Positions 11,463 to 24,300 of a stretch of DNA of 64,000 nt are shown here, one piece after another. The position numbers and the translations under genes are program-made. Every line of letters starts with the position of its first letter. The first letter of the stretch is position 1. Origin of the DNA: Phoronis australis. Its lineage: Eukaryota; Animalia; Phoronida. The notes below the pieces were generated by a model, which made no database searches, was not told where the DNA came from, and worked only from the letters and a program-made list of their open reading frames with translations. The stretch is taken from positions 293,143 through 357,142 of the forward strand of contig NMRA01000156.1 of the NCBI GenBank assembly GCA_002633005.1. Direction: 5' to 3'.

Positions 11463-14400
11463 CCTAGTGTAGCCTGATTAATAGTACACATCAGAGAAGT
11501 TGCTAATGAAATTCCAGGCATAATGCACCTGTGATTCCACATCGAATCACGTAAGCAATCAAGATCACTGAATATTGTTCAGCAACTCTCCCAGCACTGG
11601 TGAGGAAAGACAGCCACAAGCAACATTACTTTCATAACACAGCTAAGAGCGCCTTTACCTATTCACAATACAGAGACAGGCATTCCAACAGGACATCAAC
11701 ATTTCGGACAATACAAAAGCTAGTTTTACAATCTCTGGCTATTACTAGTTGCTAAAATAAAATGTAGTGCTGATTTGGAGATCTGCAGGTCACCAATGCG
11801 ACCTCAGATTGTGTTTGGCGACCTGGGAAAAATTCCAAGTCTCCATGAAGTCACAACTGCGAGTATGAAAGTCACACATCACACAATAATTCCCACTAAA
11901 TTCGTTTCAAACTTTGTATTGACTTCTAAGCTTTAAATTACTAACAGTTTTCCTAGATTGATTACCTTTGATTCACAACTGTTCCGTTGATTTCGTGAAA
12001 TAATGCATTTGTCACCAAGCTTAAATTATAACATGACGTAAACAAACAGAAGTCAGAATTGTTTGAAAAAAATCGGGCAAGATCCACAAAATTTGTGCAA
12101 CCAGTCCATGCGGTCGTCTGCATTCTATGTTTTTTCACCGGTGGGAGGACTTGAGTTAGAGAATGAAGGTACACCTACACTTAGACAGTTACAGGGGGAA
12201 ATCAGAGTGGGTGGTGCTACGAAAGTTTGACTTTTTCTTTTGGATGACCAACTTTAATACGCACAGGAAGATAGGAAACCTAGAAATTGATTTGGAGGTC
12301 TGAGATTTTCAGTTCTGGCGACCTACAATTTCGTTGGGCGACTTTGCGATTTGGCGTTTAGCTAAGCATTGAGCACTGAAATGGTTAAAGATTCACATTC
12401 ACCATCACTGTGCATGGGTGGTTTCAACACTTCTACCATGACACAATACGGCAGACAAGAGAAATTTTATTTTGTCAAACTGCTCAACAAACATAAATGT
12501 TATGAAAATTTTAGTCTCAGCTCAGTTTGCAGTGCGCAGCTGTCTTGAAATAAATGTCAGTAAATTGTTCAATATTTGCAGCTAAGTAATTAGCCTTTGA
12601 AAAATCAAACATTTTTGGCGACTCATTAGTGTGAAATAAAATACTTGCCATAATGCAAAAATCATAATAATGCCACATTGTCTTAAAGCAGACTTGCTGT
12701 GGTTTCCAGTCAGTGAACTGGGTTGGTGGTAAATTCCCTACAGCCTTGACAAAAGCAAAAGAATTAGATGAAAATAAACCAAATTTAATGGGAGCATGAT
12801 AAAATTCAGTAAAAACTTGTCGGCCACTTTCAACAGGAATGTTTTCAATAAAAACTCACCAACTCGGGACATGATATGGCAGACAAGTGAAAATCTTTAT
12901 TCTGCTTTTTTAACAAACAGCAATTAGTACTTGAGAAATAATTTGTATTTTTTTCATAGAATTTTCTAATTAGAAAATCCTATGAAAAATACAGATATTC
13001 ACAGCAATATTAAAAGCGTTTGAAAAATGAAAAAAGGCAATTACGGCACTTACTGGTGACTGAGATTGTATGATGACCATTTACACTGGCTTCTAATTTT
13101 GCGCTACTGTTCCAGAACTTCTTTTTTATGTATTGTACGTTTTCTATTTTGTTACAAGTCACAGAACTTTGTTAGGCTAAATATGAAAACTCTGGTAAAA
13201 TCTGTCAAGTTCACTAACGTAAGTGATGGGAACTCTAGTGTTTTGATAGCCAATCATCTTATAATATATGACAACTCGACCTTGATAAAATTACATGACC
13301 CGTCAGTTGATTGCGTTAAAATGTCAAACAGCAGAACGGCCTCGGACATGATATTCAGGTCAGAGTCAACAGTGGCATGTTCACGAACCATTACAAAAAT
13401 CTAAACTTCATTTTAGGTCAGATTTGTAGTTTTGTTAAAGTGAAGGCGAGACTGCACAAACAACATGACCCAGAGTCCCCCACCATTATTGGCTGGGCGG
13501 ACTCCGAATTGTCACGACAGCAAGCCTTCCGTCATAAGCGAGAACAAAGAGGAATAAACAGGAAAGTTAGTCAAGCGGCCAAGTCATTCTGTAATTAGAC
13601 TTTTGCCACAATCATAGACATCACCATACACTTTAGCTATTCACACATCAGTCATCATGACACAGAAAGGTATTCTGTGCGGGCTCCCAACAAGCACGAC
13701 AGTTGTGTCCCGACATGATGTATTAGAGTAGAGAGTTTTGGCTCGTTCTGATTTCGTGTTTATTCGAAGAAATAATTCAAAGTGAATTAAAACTTCTAAC
13801 TTAACAAGATTACGTGCTTCGTGTCCTTGCTCGAGGATGTTTGGCGTGTTAGACCATTTGGAGGTGATTTTTGGGCTACCAAAAGTAAAGACGGAAAACA
13901 GACGGAATTCCCAGAATCTGGCTTCTTTCGTGGAATTAGGCATAATTTGTAAGCAGACACCACAATTTTAATATTTTTAATATTTTTGTTTTCAATAACT
14001 AACAATTAAGAATATAATCAATCATATTTGACACTGTGGCCACAAACTAATCGACGATCAGTTAGCAGCTGACATGTTCAAGTAGTTGTTCATTTTTTTA
14101 AGGTGGAACTCTTCTTTTTACCAGTTTTCAGAAATAATAAACATGGTAGATAGCAAGTTTTTCGTAAAAAAACGGAGCTACGGCATAATTCAAAGAAAAA
14201 AGTGAGGTGATTCCCAGACCATTCTATACATCACTTTGAATGTAAAGCGAAATTTTGATGGCTTACATGCTTGCTGAAATGGATGTTTCGGTTTTTTAAA
14301 ACTAAAAACCAGGGTACCTACGAAAGACTGCTTGGTCTCATTTTAAAGGATCAAGATTATTATGATCTGAGAAGTCGCATACATGACAGATAAACTTCCA

Positions 14401-14565
14401 TAGATGAACGTATTGTATAAATTCTCAAAGTAGGCGATTTGCAATACTGGACATAGTCAACAGACAACTTTGATTACAGTAAAAATTCTTCAATTTGTCA
14501 AAATAATTGATAAAATTGACTGTGTTTAGATATAACTAAACCGGATGTAACTGTAAACTGTTCAA

Positions 14566-14868
14566 TACATATGTATGTGTATATCTATATGCACATGTAC
14601 ATGTATAATTACATGTATATGTATAATTACATGTATATGTATAATTACATGTACATGTATAATTACATGTATATGTATAATTACATGTATATGTATAGTT
14701 ACATGTACATGTATAATTACATGTATAAGTATAATTACATGTACATGCACAGTTACATGTACATGTACAGTTACATATACATGTAATTATACATGTACAT
14801 GTATAATTACATGTATATGTATAATTACATGTATATGTATAGTTATATGAATATGTATAATTATTACC
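14566..14868. repeat. 18-bp minisatellite TACATGTA(T/C)ATGTATAAT
   Basis: Tandem units built on the palindrome TACATGTA; explains the four overlapping low-complexity ORFs. Confidence 0.95.
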
Positions 14869-17242
14869 TCGGTATACAAGTATTTCCAACAAGATTTGAC
14901 AGCAACGCCACCTGCTCAGATATAACTTTCTGCAACTGCGGTATTCATACAGAGTTAGAATGATTATTAACCTCTCGCTTAACCATCTTCCAAGAGGGTT
15001 ATAAACCCTCTACAGTTACAACCTTTAAAACCAGTTTTTAAGGGCGTCGATTGTTTGGGGAGTTGTGAACAGAATGAACACTTAACTCCAGTCCTGAATC
15101 GCAGTTAACAGCTCCAATTAACATTGCAGTTAACAGATGGACTTAAGACCACAGTGTCGATGCTACGGTGCAGCATGAAACGCTTAGCTTCGGTGCAATC
15201 GAAGTTATCGCCAAGTGCCACTGTTATTGTGAACACTACAGTTACAGAGTAGTGCCGTCACTAATAACTACTTATTTTTTTGCTCTAATGATAACCAATC
15301 GACTTAAAAATGAGTTTAATGTCATTTAGCCTATTTAAATGTTCCATTTGTCACATTGAAAAAAATTTTAGCGTGCAGCACTACCTTGCGATAACCTCGA
15401 TGACGTCAGCGTCACCAACCCTTTACTTCGATGGTCATTAACTGCCGAAGCCAGTATGAACGGTCCAGTTAACTGCGGAGTCAAGTCAATATGAAAGGGC
15501 CTAAAGTGTTCAGGCAGAGTTAAAGCATTTAAACAGATTTTTAAAGTTACAACCACATTGGTGTGAACAGGGCATATAGCTTTTAGAGGCATTTCGGGAA
15601 CAAGCCAATTGAAAAATAACGATTCTAACCAGAATATTCATTACAGCGACTTCAGTGGTAGCTGGTCTATGGATAACTTCCAATTAGCATGGCCAGCCAG
15701 AGCTCAGTCTTCGTGTCACCCAGTTATTACCAACACACATCAATTATATCCAACACACAGCAATTTCCTTCAAGTGCACAATTTGCTTTTGAAGTTTTCG
15801 AGGTTAATTGCCTGTGAAAAAAATTCGATATTAAGGATAAAATTACGAAATCGAGCTAATATCGGGCATGAACTAGTTTCCCCCTGAAACTCAATCCAAC
15901 ATTAGCTCGTAGCTGACGTAAAACCGTGCAAGTGACAAGGTATATCTTACAACAGCATCCCCAGTCTTAGGTTGCAGAGATACAGTAAATTCTCATCAAT
16001 CCAAAATTACTCTTTTTCGATTTTCAAGATATTCTAGCATTGCTGTGAGAGCCACGTTTTCCCAAAATATTGTCTGGGGGTGTCTATAACACAGAACTTG
16101 AATATGGGAAAGCATTATGCTACACGTTTTATGAAAAGAATGAAAAAATAAAATTTCACTTGTCAAATTGTGTCCTAAATTGATGAAATTTTACAAAAAC
16201 TTTAGGAGAATGCCCGCCTCTTTGGCGCATCAAATTTTCATTGAAACGAAATGATATATTAACTTGGGCCATGTACAAAATGAGACACAAGCACGCCTTA
16301 TTTTGTGACGAATAATACCTCTTGCATTCAGATTCTAACACAAGAACAATGCAAATTAACATCAAGAACAAAACAACAATATTAGTTTATTGTGCATGAA
16401 CATATACAGATCCCAAGTGTGGATTTATAGTTGGTTTAAAGTTAGCCAATTAGACTAATCACTAATCACCACATAACGGATGTAGCAGACAAAATCACAC
16501 ACATCTAAATTCTGCCCCTTCAAAAATCGAATCGAGAAAGAACAGAAAATTCTAACGTGACCCATAGGTTCTCTAAACTGGCCAATACATTTGACATTCA
16601 GTAGATTGATTGACCAATAGTCATGATCCCTGGGTTGTACTTCCGCGAGCCGATGCCTCAGTTTGAGATTCCACAGCAACCTGAGGAAAAAAGTGCCTGC
16701 GCCTTCTAAGACGGGAATTTTTGGGTGAGGGGAAAACAGCACCCTGATCAGCAACTCACACCTTTTGCTAGCCTTCATAGGTTCTGCCTCAATAGCCAAA
16801 ACTAAAATTTTGTGCTGTTTCAAATTGTCGCCTGTGTGAGTTACAAGTGAGTTGAACTTTGAGGGTTTTTGAATTCATTTAAGGGAAATTTTCGGGCCTG
16901 ATGTTGGGAATTTCGACTGATTTTTAATATTTTTCAAAGCGGAATGGGGCCAATATTCGGATAAGGAATTAGCCTGCAAGTTCCACTTAAATGCTAGAGA
17001 CGATACTCAGTTATATACAGGTATAACTTGTGGAGCCTGATTACAAGCACTGATGAAGCCAGTTTTTCCCAACCCTTAAATCGCCCCTATATTGAAAAAG
17101 GAACAAGTAGAGACCAATATCAATCAGTAAGTGGCATAAATCAAAAGTCAGTTTTTTGGTCGTCGACTGGTTTAAAGTTATTTCAATTCAATCTATTTTG
17201 TCGAAAAATAACAGACACAGCAGTAATTTTTACATTACATTC

Positions 17243-17283
<41 letters not shown>
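17243..17283. repeat. (TG)n microsatellite ending at an N gap
   Basis: Read directly from the sequence. Confidence 0.95.
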
Positions 17284-20200
17284 NAAAGCATGACTTTGGG
17301 TTCCGGCTCCACGCTCACTTTCTCATAAAAGTGCCTGGGGAAATACAGAATACCATGCCTTAAAAACAAATGGTGCAACATACCCAAACATTTTACAAGG
17401 CCATCAGTTATGCAAAAAATAAGGCTTAGTTTCACAATTTTTGCCCGTATCATCTACAATGGCCGTTTGAAGGGAAACCTTTAAATATGCCCTAGAGCGA
17501 TACATGATGATAAGCAGTCAGAAACAGGGGTGGGAATGAGGTCAGTTTCATTCATTCCAAATCTAGGCTACTCTGAAACATAACTGTCCGGTTATCCCTA
17601 GCTAACAGAATATACACACAGATGTAGAGCATCTTAGATAAAAAATCAGCATGTAGAGATTTGAACAAGTACCAGGAGCAACTCAGCAAGCAAGGAACTC
17701 GCTCACCTGAGAGGAAAGGTGTCTGTGCCATTTGAAACAGGAATTTCTTATTGAAGGGGGAACTGCCCCCTCCTCTCGGTAACCATAAGATTAACCTCAT
17801 CGGCACCCTTCACCGACATTGCCTCAACCGACCAAAGCTAATGTTTCGCAAAAATTTGAGGGAATGTTTTAAGAATTGGACGAAAAATTTTAGACCTCAT
17901 GAAGGGAATTACGCGTGATTTTTAAATACTTTCCATTGAGGAACGGGGATCATGGTATTCGGCTCAACAATTGAGGCATTGAGGGCCCTGGCAAGGATGC
18001 CTTCAATAACGGTCACCGTTACTAATGGAATCTGATTTTCCGTTTTCAAAAGCACTGAAATACATTTTAGCAAACATTAAATTCTGTTTTGTAAAATAGC
18101 ATATTCCGTTGCACTATTTTACAGTAATTAACAACAAAAATGACCTGGGAATTGCTTACAGCTCCGTACAATTTGTTTTCTACCCTGGGAAAGAGGAGAG
18201 CTGAATTTCTGAGGCACCTATTCAGCATTGCTCGTAAACCTTCAGTTACTTTTAGTGGTAGCGCTCTGCTAGTGTAACTGTTTTCTTGCAAAATACCAAC
18301 AAGGTGTCGCGTGATCATGCTACACTTGTACCGTACGTACGTTACTCGCTTGACTGAACGCACCACTGTTGTAATTGCAACTAATGACACAACCATTTCT
18401 TACACACAGCTATGCTAATTACAACCTGGCCTTGCAACAAAGCAATCGTGAATGAAATGATCTGAGGTAAAGCCAGTTCAGGTGTAAGCTCTTGGCAATC
18501 CATATGCTACTGTAAATTTGGCGCCAATTCTGGGCTTGAGCAGATGTAAACAGGAACAGTTTCACAAGAAGTGGCAAGTACCATGACTAGTGAGATTTTC
18601 ATGCTTGTTCTAAGCTAGAACGACGCAGAAAACCAGATTTGTCAACTTGCATGGTGTCTCCCCGTTACTGGCCTAAATTTAGCACAATCTCAGCAGAAAC
18701 CAAGGATGTATAAGATCCCTCCATTTTGCTCAGTTTGGAAACGTTTAGGAAATACAGATTCCTCCATCCTGCTCTACTCGGAAAGGAAGGAAGTTTAAGA
18801 ACCCCGCAGCTCGCTGAACACGGAAAACCAGGTGTGTGAGTGGAGCTAACCACTCTCTTGGCTTCTGATCATTGTTGATTTAACCAGAAGCTTGCATAAC
18901 TACCCAGAGCAATATTCCTGTTCCATGGCCACCCAGTGCTACTTAAATTTTCACAGCTACCACTCGAAAATAGGTTGCAACACAATGCGCAGCTAGAAGC
19001 CAAGATTATATATTTTTATCCCTTAACAGTCAAAACTTTGCTTTTCCAAGAAAATGCCTAACCATGTCGTTCAATTGGCCTGTTTACATGGATCTTTTAA
19101 TCGCCATTTTGAATGCTAATTTATTTGTCATTTCAACATACCGCGTAAAATCCCTACTTTAATCGTCATGTAGTTACCCGCTAAAACAGCAGATTTTACT
19201 CAGCTGAAGCCCAGTAATATGTAACAGCTACAATATATCACCCACGCTATCTGCAGATACTAGCCATGGCTCACCATACGCATGGCACTTCACGACAACC
19301 CCTGCACCAATTGCCTTGGAGCACAAAACAAGTATGTGGCCAGAGGGAGATTGGCGAAACCCTCTTACTCACTAGGAGAGGGCGCGTTGTAAAATACAGA
19401 GTAAAAAGCAGTGGATTACCGTTTAAAAGTTAGCAAAAAATAGCAGAAAAAATTTCGTATGTAAATGCTCCTATTGCCTCAACAGCACATATCTCACTAG
19501 GCAACACGAAGCCCCTTGGTTGGCCTGTTAGGGCCAGGGGTTACAATACTCCCCATCGCTTTCTGTATTAGTTTCATCCTGTGTTATTTAATCGGGCAGT
19601 AGGCGAAATCCGCTCACCGATCAGGAGTTTTCCCCTTGTCAAAAATACATTCTACACTTAAACTATCACTTAAAAAAGCACTTACTTTCTTCAGTGGTCC
19701 TTTCTACTTCTACACATATCTTTGATGAAGCATAGCTACAACAATGAAGGTGACTTTGGCGAAGAATTCTAACTCCACTTTTTGGTCACCGATAACTTTT
19801 CACCCTGCGTGATAACCACTAAGTATTTCAACTGAGCCACGTGAGTTAGGCAAAAGCTAGAGCGAGACTGAGCGAAGCGTGTGATGCTGGCGAGTGACAC
19901 TTGCTAAATAGCATGGGAAGATATCAGGTGAAATTTGTAAGATTGTGTCCCTTGGACTTTTGATTGGTCAACATGCGTGATTTCATGTAACATCCTCAAA
20001 CTGGCACCCGGTAAGAGAAACTCCAGCAAACCACGACAGATTTTCATGGATATGTTCAAGTTATGTTGACTAAATTGTATCGAGAGCCATGGTATGTGTT
20101 AATTATAACTCCATGTGCCTATATGCATGTTTCATTTGATTTTATTTGCTGATTTATTTGCTGTATTTAGAAATGAGTAACTTTTTATGGGGACGTACTA

Positions 20201-20628
20201 TCGCCCTTATATGCCTACAGCATTCAGGGCGATGTAATTGCCAAATATCTCACCTAAGGCTCATTCTCATCAATGTACTGGGCAAGAGACACACACACAC
20301 AGCCAGCATTGACAGTGCATGAGAAGACTTGAAAATCGACAACAAAAACACACATCATTCAAATGAGACTAGTCTTTAGTCAAACACAGAACCTGGAAGT
20401 GTGTGCAATTGACGCAACAGTCCAATACCAAACAGAGTGGAGTAAAATATTTGGGTTAATATGGCCCAACACTATAATCGTCAATTTATAAAGAGTGATG
20501 GAGAGGGACCATGGGTTGAAGGTCAAGACAGTTTTAAGATCTCGTACAGAAAACGAGGCATTCATGTTCCAAAAAGTTGTTGGATTCAATTTTTCAACCA
20601 CCCAAATCAACAACTCACAGCTCATCAC

Positions 20629-21274
20629 GTAATAAGTCTCGGACTTAACTCTTACATTAAGATAAAGAATAATTTACTGTCAGACAAATGACTAGATTCA
20701 ATTTAACTTTCCAGTCCCGCACATAAACGGTAACAACTCAACTGGGGTAGTTCATTCAGAAACTGGATGGAATGAACCGAGACTCGATTCTTGGATATGG
20801 ATCCCAGAATCAAAACGCCGTCTAACTTTCAAAGATTTTAACAAACTTGTGCATACGCTTACCTCAAATCTTGGAAGTACAGATTGGGTGAAGCCTGAGC
20901 TAAACGATATTGCACCTCTGCGTTCTAAAACTNTATTCCACATAGGTGCCAAACGAGGGGGCAGTGATAAGTAATAAGTCTCGGACTTAACTCTTACATT
21001 AAGATGAAGAATAATTTACTGTCAGACAAATGACTAGATTCAATTTAACTTTCCAGTCCCGCACATAAACGGTAACAACTCAACTGGGGTAGTTCATTCA
21101 GAAACTGGATGGAATGAACCGAGACTCGATTCTTGGATATGGATCCCAGAATCAAAACGCCGTCTAACTTTCAAAGATTTTAACAAACTTGTGCATACGC
21201 TTACCTCAAATCTTGGAAGTACAGATTGGGTGAAGCCTGAGCTAAACGATATTGCACCTCTGCGTTCTAAAACT
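20629..21274. repeat. ~304-bp duplication beside an N gap (probable assembly artefact) including part of PDE7 exon 1
   Basis: 20629-20932 is nearly identical to 20971-21274; N at 20933. Confidence 0.88.
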
Positions 21275-21345
21275 GAAAGCGGGACGGATAAATCCAACGG
21301 TAATTTTGTGAATTTAGTCGATGCACCATTCGTGCAAACCTCCAT
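21205..21345 (-). CDS. PDE7A: First coding exon of a PDE7-like cAMP-specific phosphodiesterase (PDE7A1-type N-terminus)
   Basis: MEVCTNGASTKFTKLPLDLSVPLSVLERRGAISFSSGFTQSVLPRFE closely parallels the recalled human PDE7A1 start MEVCYQLPVLPLDRPVPQHVLSRRGAISFSS. It ends at a strong phase-0 donor GAG|GTAAGC. No catalytic exons were found in the window; they would lie beyond position 1. Confidence 0.8.
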
Positions 21346-21544
21346 GTCAGATACAACAAATTTGGGTTAGTCCAAAATATAGGCCAAGGGTTGCTAAGGA
21401 TTTGGAAGAGTCGACTAGTCGTTTATTCTGTCCAAGGATCCCGTTCACTCGAAATTTTGAATATTGCAGGTGATTTCTTTGCGAGGTGTCGTATTTCCTA
21501 CTTGACATTAAGTAGATGCGAGTTTTTGACAAGCGTTCAATGAA

Positions 21545-21620
21545 TTTAAACAAAGCGCCGCAGTTAGTATAATCGACTACGAGTGGCGCGCCATGCGCTT
21601 ATAGTGACATCTTGTGTTTT
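21545..21620 (-). promoter_or_regulatory. Probable proximal promoter of the PDE7-like gene
   Basis: CpG/GC-rich patch (GCGCATGGCGCGCC on the minus strand, NRF1-like) about 200-270 bp upstream of the ATG in otherwise AT-rich DNA. Confidence 0.35.
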
Positions 21621-22899
21621 CCGGAGACTTTAAGATCGACCACTTAGTCATATTACACAGGACTCGGAGTCTGAAACTTTCTTTAAGATTTGTCCGGGTT
21701 TACGACTTGACAAATGATTTTGATCATGATTTTTATCTTGTGTTATTTATCACTGAATGAATCATTGCATAAATAAATTATCTTACAAAGCACAAAAGTT
21801 TTGACTACCCGGTAAATTGAGTTGCCTACGTCTGTGGCTTCTCTGGATATCAAAAAGAGATTTTTGTGCAAAAAATATAAAAAAAATCATTTTATCATGA
21901 CTCAAAATTATTTCCACACTCTTGGTTGGGGGGATGACATCCTTAAAATTTCCGCGTAGCCCCAGCAAATGGATGCCGACATGAGCGATTGTGTTTGCCG
22001 CTACACCGGCTCTTAATCCAAGCGGAAGTCTTGTCGGACCATATGGCATGTGTTGCTTCAATCTTCGATCTCAAGTTCTTAATTCGCTTCTTTTTGTGCT
22101 TAAACGCATAAAGTGAGGGTAAAGTTACAGCCCAGATTTTGCATGAGCGAAAAACTTGTTTCGCATATTATAGTCTACTGGACTGCATCGGTGGCAGATC
22201 AAAATAATCCGTATGGTGAGTTTAACATCCCGCGACGCCATCATGAAGGAGCTCCATGATGACTTTCACTAGTACTTATGTTCATTTTGCATTCCTATTT
22301 ATGGCACAAGAGTTTGTTGAAAGAATTATCGCCAATGTTCAAAATTTGTTGAATTGTTTAACACAAAACCGGTTTGTGTATAGGTGGCTGTGGATTTTCA
22401 AAAATATAAATAAGTGTGTTCGTTATGACGATAGCTTTTCATTGTGGGTGTACGCAAGCATTTATATACGCGACAGAACTATATATCTCGTTGTTTTCTC
22501 TTCCTCTTTCCAGTGGCTTATTATATTTACCCATTTGTCCATTTGTTTATTTATGTAAAGGGGATCTTCTAGTGTTAGCGATCGAAAACCTACAGAAGGC
22601 CTTCCAATTTAATTTGCAATTATTAAGCATTGTATTATAGTTTGGGATCATGGATACAACAACATAGCCACAATTAACGTGAAACACATTCAAGAAACAG
22701 TCTTTAGGGGCGGATCCAAGATTTTCGGAATTTCATGGGATATCATAGACCTACCCCTTGAAGATAAGTTAAATTCGACCACTTCTGATTTCCAGAGACA
22801 ATAAATTTTTAATTCAAATGAACCGAAATATCTCCAGAATAGTAATGTCTGGGTTCCTCATGAGAGTGGCGAGAAGTTGACAAAATCGCCATCTTTTGT

Positions 22900-24300
22900 C
22901 GTGGTGAAATCTCGGGGTATCATACAGGACCTTTTATCGACAAGATTGTATATTTAGCCAAATATCTCCGGAACTACGGAATTTAAGTCAGCGAAAGAAT
23001 ATATTTTTTCCAAGTAGAAGTTCAGTAACATTTGGTTTTTGGCTTTCGATCAAACTACAACCACTTGGGTCTCGAGATCATGTCTTTTAGTAAAATTTAG
23101 GAGAAAAGAAAGATACATTCATAGCCAAAGAGCAACATCAACAACATGATGTACGTTTGATATAAATTTCCTAGATAAAATCTCAAAGCGCTTTACAATT
23201 ATCACTTTGTCTTCGTTTTATGCAACTTTTTTCAAAAAATAGTGGAACATTTTAAAAACAAGTCCCAACTGCGTTTTGGATAACAACGCACAAAGCGAAG
23301 TATCTGAAAGTTTCATACGAATCCAATGCTGTTTACTCATGGCGAGTTCGTATTCAAGAAACACAACTAGCGCGTGATCCAGTTCATCTCGCCGCCCTCA
23401 CAGTCTTGCGTACCCTCATCAGCTCACCGTCTTGCGTACCCTCATCAGCTGAAACTGACACGACTAATAGCAAACACACCGGAGAAGTATGCTGATGCAG
23501 AACGTCGTGACGTCACTCGGCAAGTTCCTGTTTCGCAATAAGCCATTTTTATGTTCATTTTTCACTGTTGATTGGGAAGCCGTTATCCGGTGCTTTTAAA
23601 GAGCTCAATGAAACGTTTACAATTTCAACTGATGTCCACATCTAGGCTACAATAACAAATTGGCCGAGAGTCAGGTGAACGGAAATCTGGAAACGAAGAG
23701 GCATGTTACCAGGAAAAGGGAATTGCTAAGGTGACTAAAAGTCATCTACACGGGGGGTGTTAATTGCGCAACAGTAGGTAAAAAAATCCATGCAGTTTAG
23801 GTGGTATTACCCAACAATATTAGTCTGCTTTCAAGGTTATGTAGGAACGTCTTGGCAAGTTCGTACATTTATTCAAATACCTACAAAACTTTTTGACATA
23901 AACTCAGCAAAAGTACATATTTTCTGAAAGCAGAAATTGTGTACAATTTTAACATTGACTTTATGCTGTTCTCTAATTACTAAGATCAAGTGACCATGTT
24001 TTTAGTAAAATTCAGCAAAAAAGAAAGATCGTTCAAAGCAAAATAACAACCTCAATAACATGACCAAATTTCGTATGATAAAAATTTTCAAGATAAAGTC
24101 TCAAAAATGCTGTTACAGCTTTCTAAATTATCGCTTCGTTTTCGTTTTATGCACAAAAATCATGTAAGTTCTAATTTTTTATAGTCTCTCATTTAAAAAT
24201 AGAACACTAAAAAATCAATTCCTAACAGCGTTTTTGAGAAGAGTGCACAAAGTATAATATCTGAAAGTGTCATGTGACACTATTCAGCCACTTCTGAGAT
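22900..24300. repeat. Two diverged direct copies of an interspersed repeat
   Basis: About 23000-23330 aligns by eye with about 23900-24290 (e.g. AGTAAAATT.AG.A.AAAAGAAAGAT, GCACAAAG...ATCTGAAAG). Confidence 0.6.

Noticed and set aside
11962-12174. Minus-strand ORF ending at an AAG|GTAATC donor
   Set aside because: Donor is phase 2 for this ORF, and the phase-0 frame has no start after an upstream stop; no homology.
14536-14892. Cys/Tyr/His-rich ORFs resembling metallothionein
   Set aside because: Translation of the 18-bp minisatellite.
17552-17806. ORF containing a strong CAG|GTGAG donor
   Set aside because: The ATG frame gives phase 1, incompatible with PDE7 exon 1; could at most be a non-coding exon.
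20752-20952. Second RRGAIS-encoding ORF, suggesting the tandem pseudosubstrate repeat of PDE7A1
   Set aside because: Near-identical copy including intron sequence and truncated at an N; best explained as an assembly duplicate.
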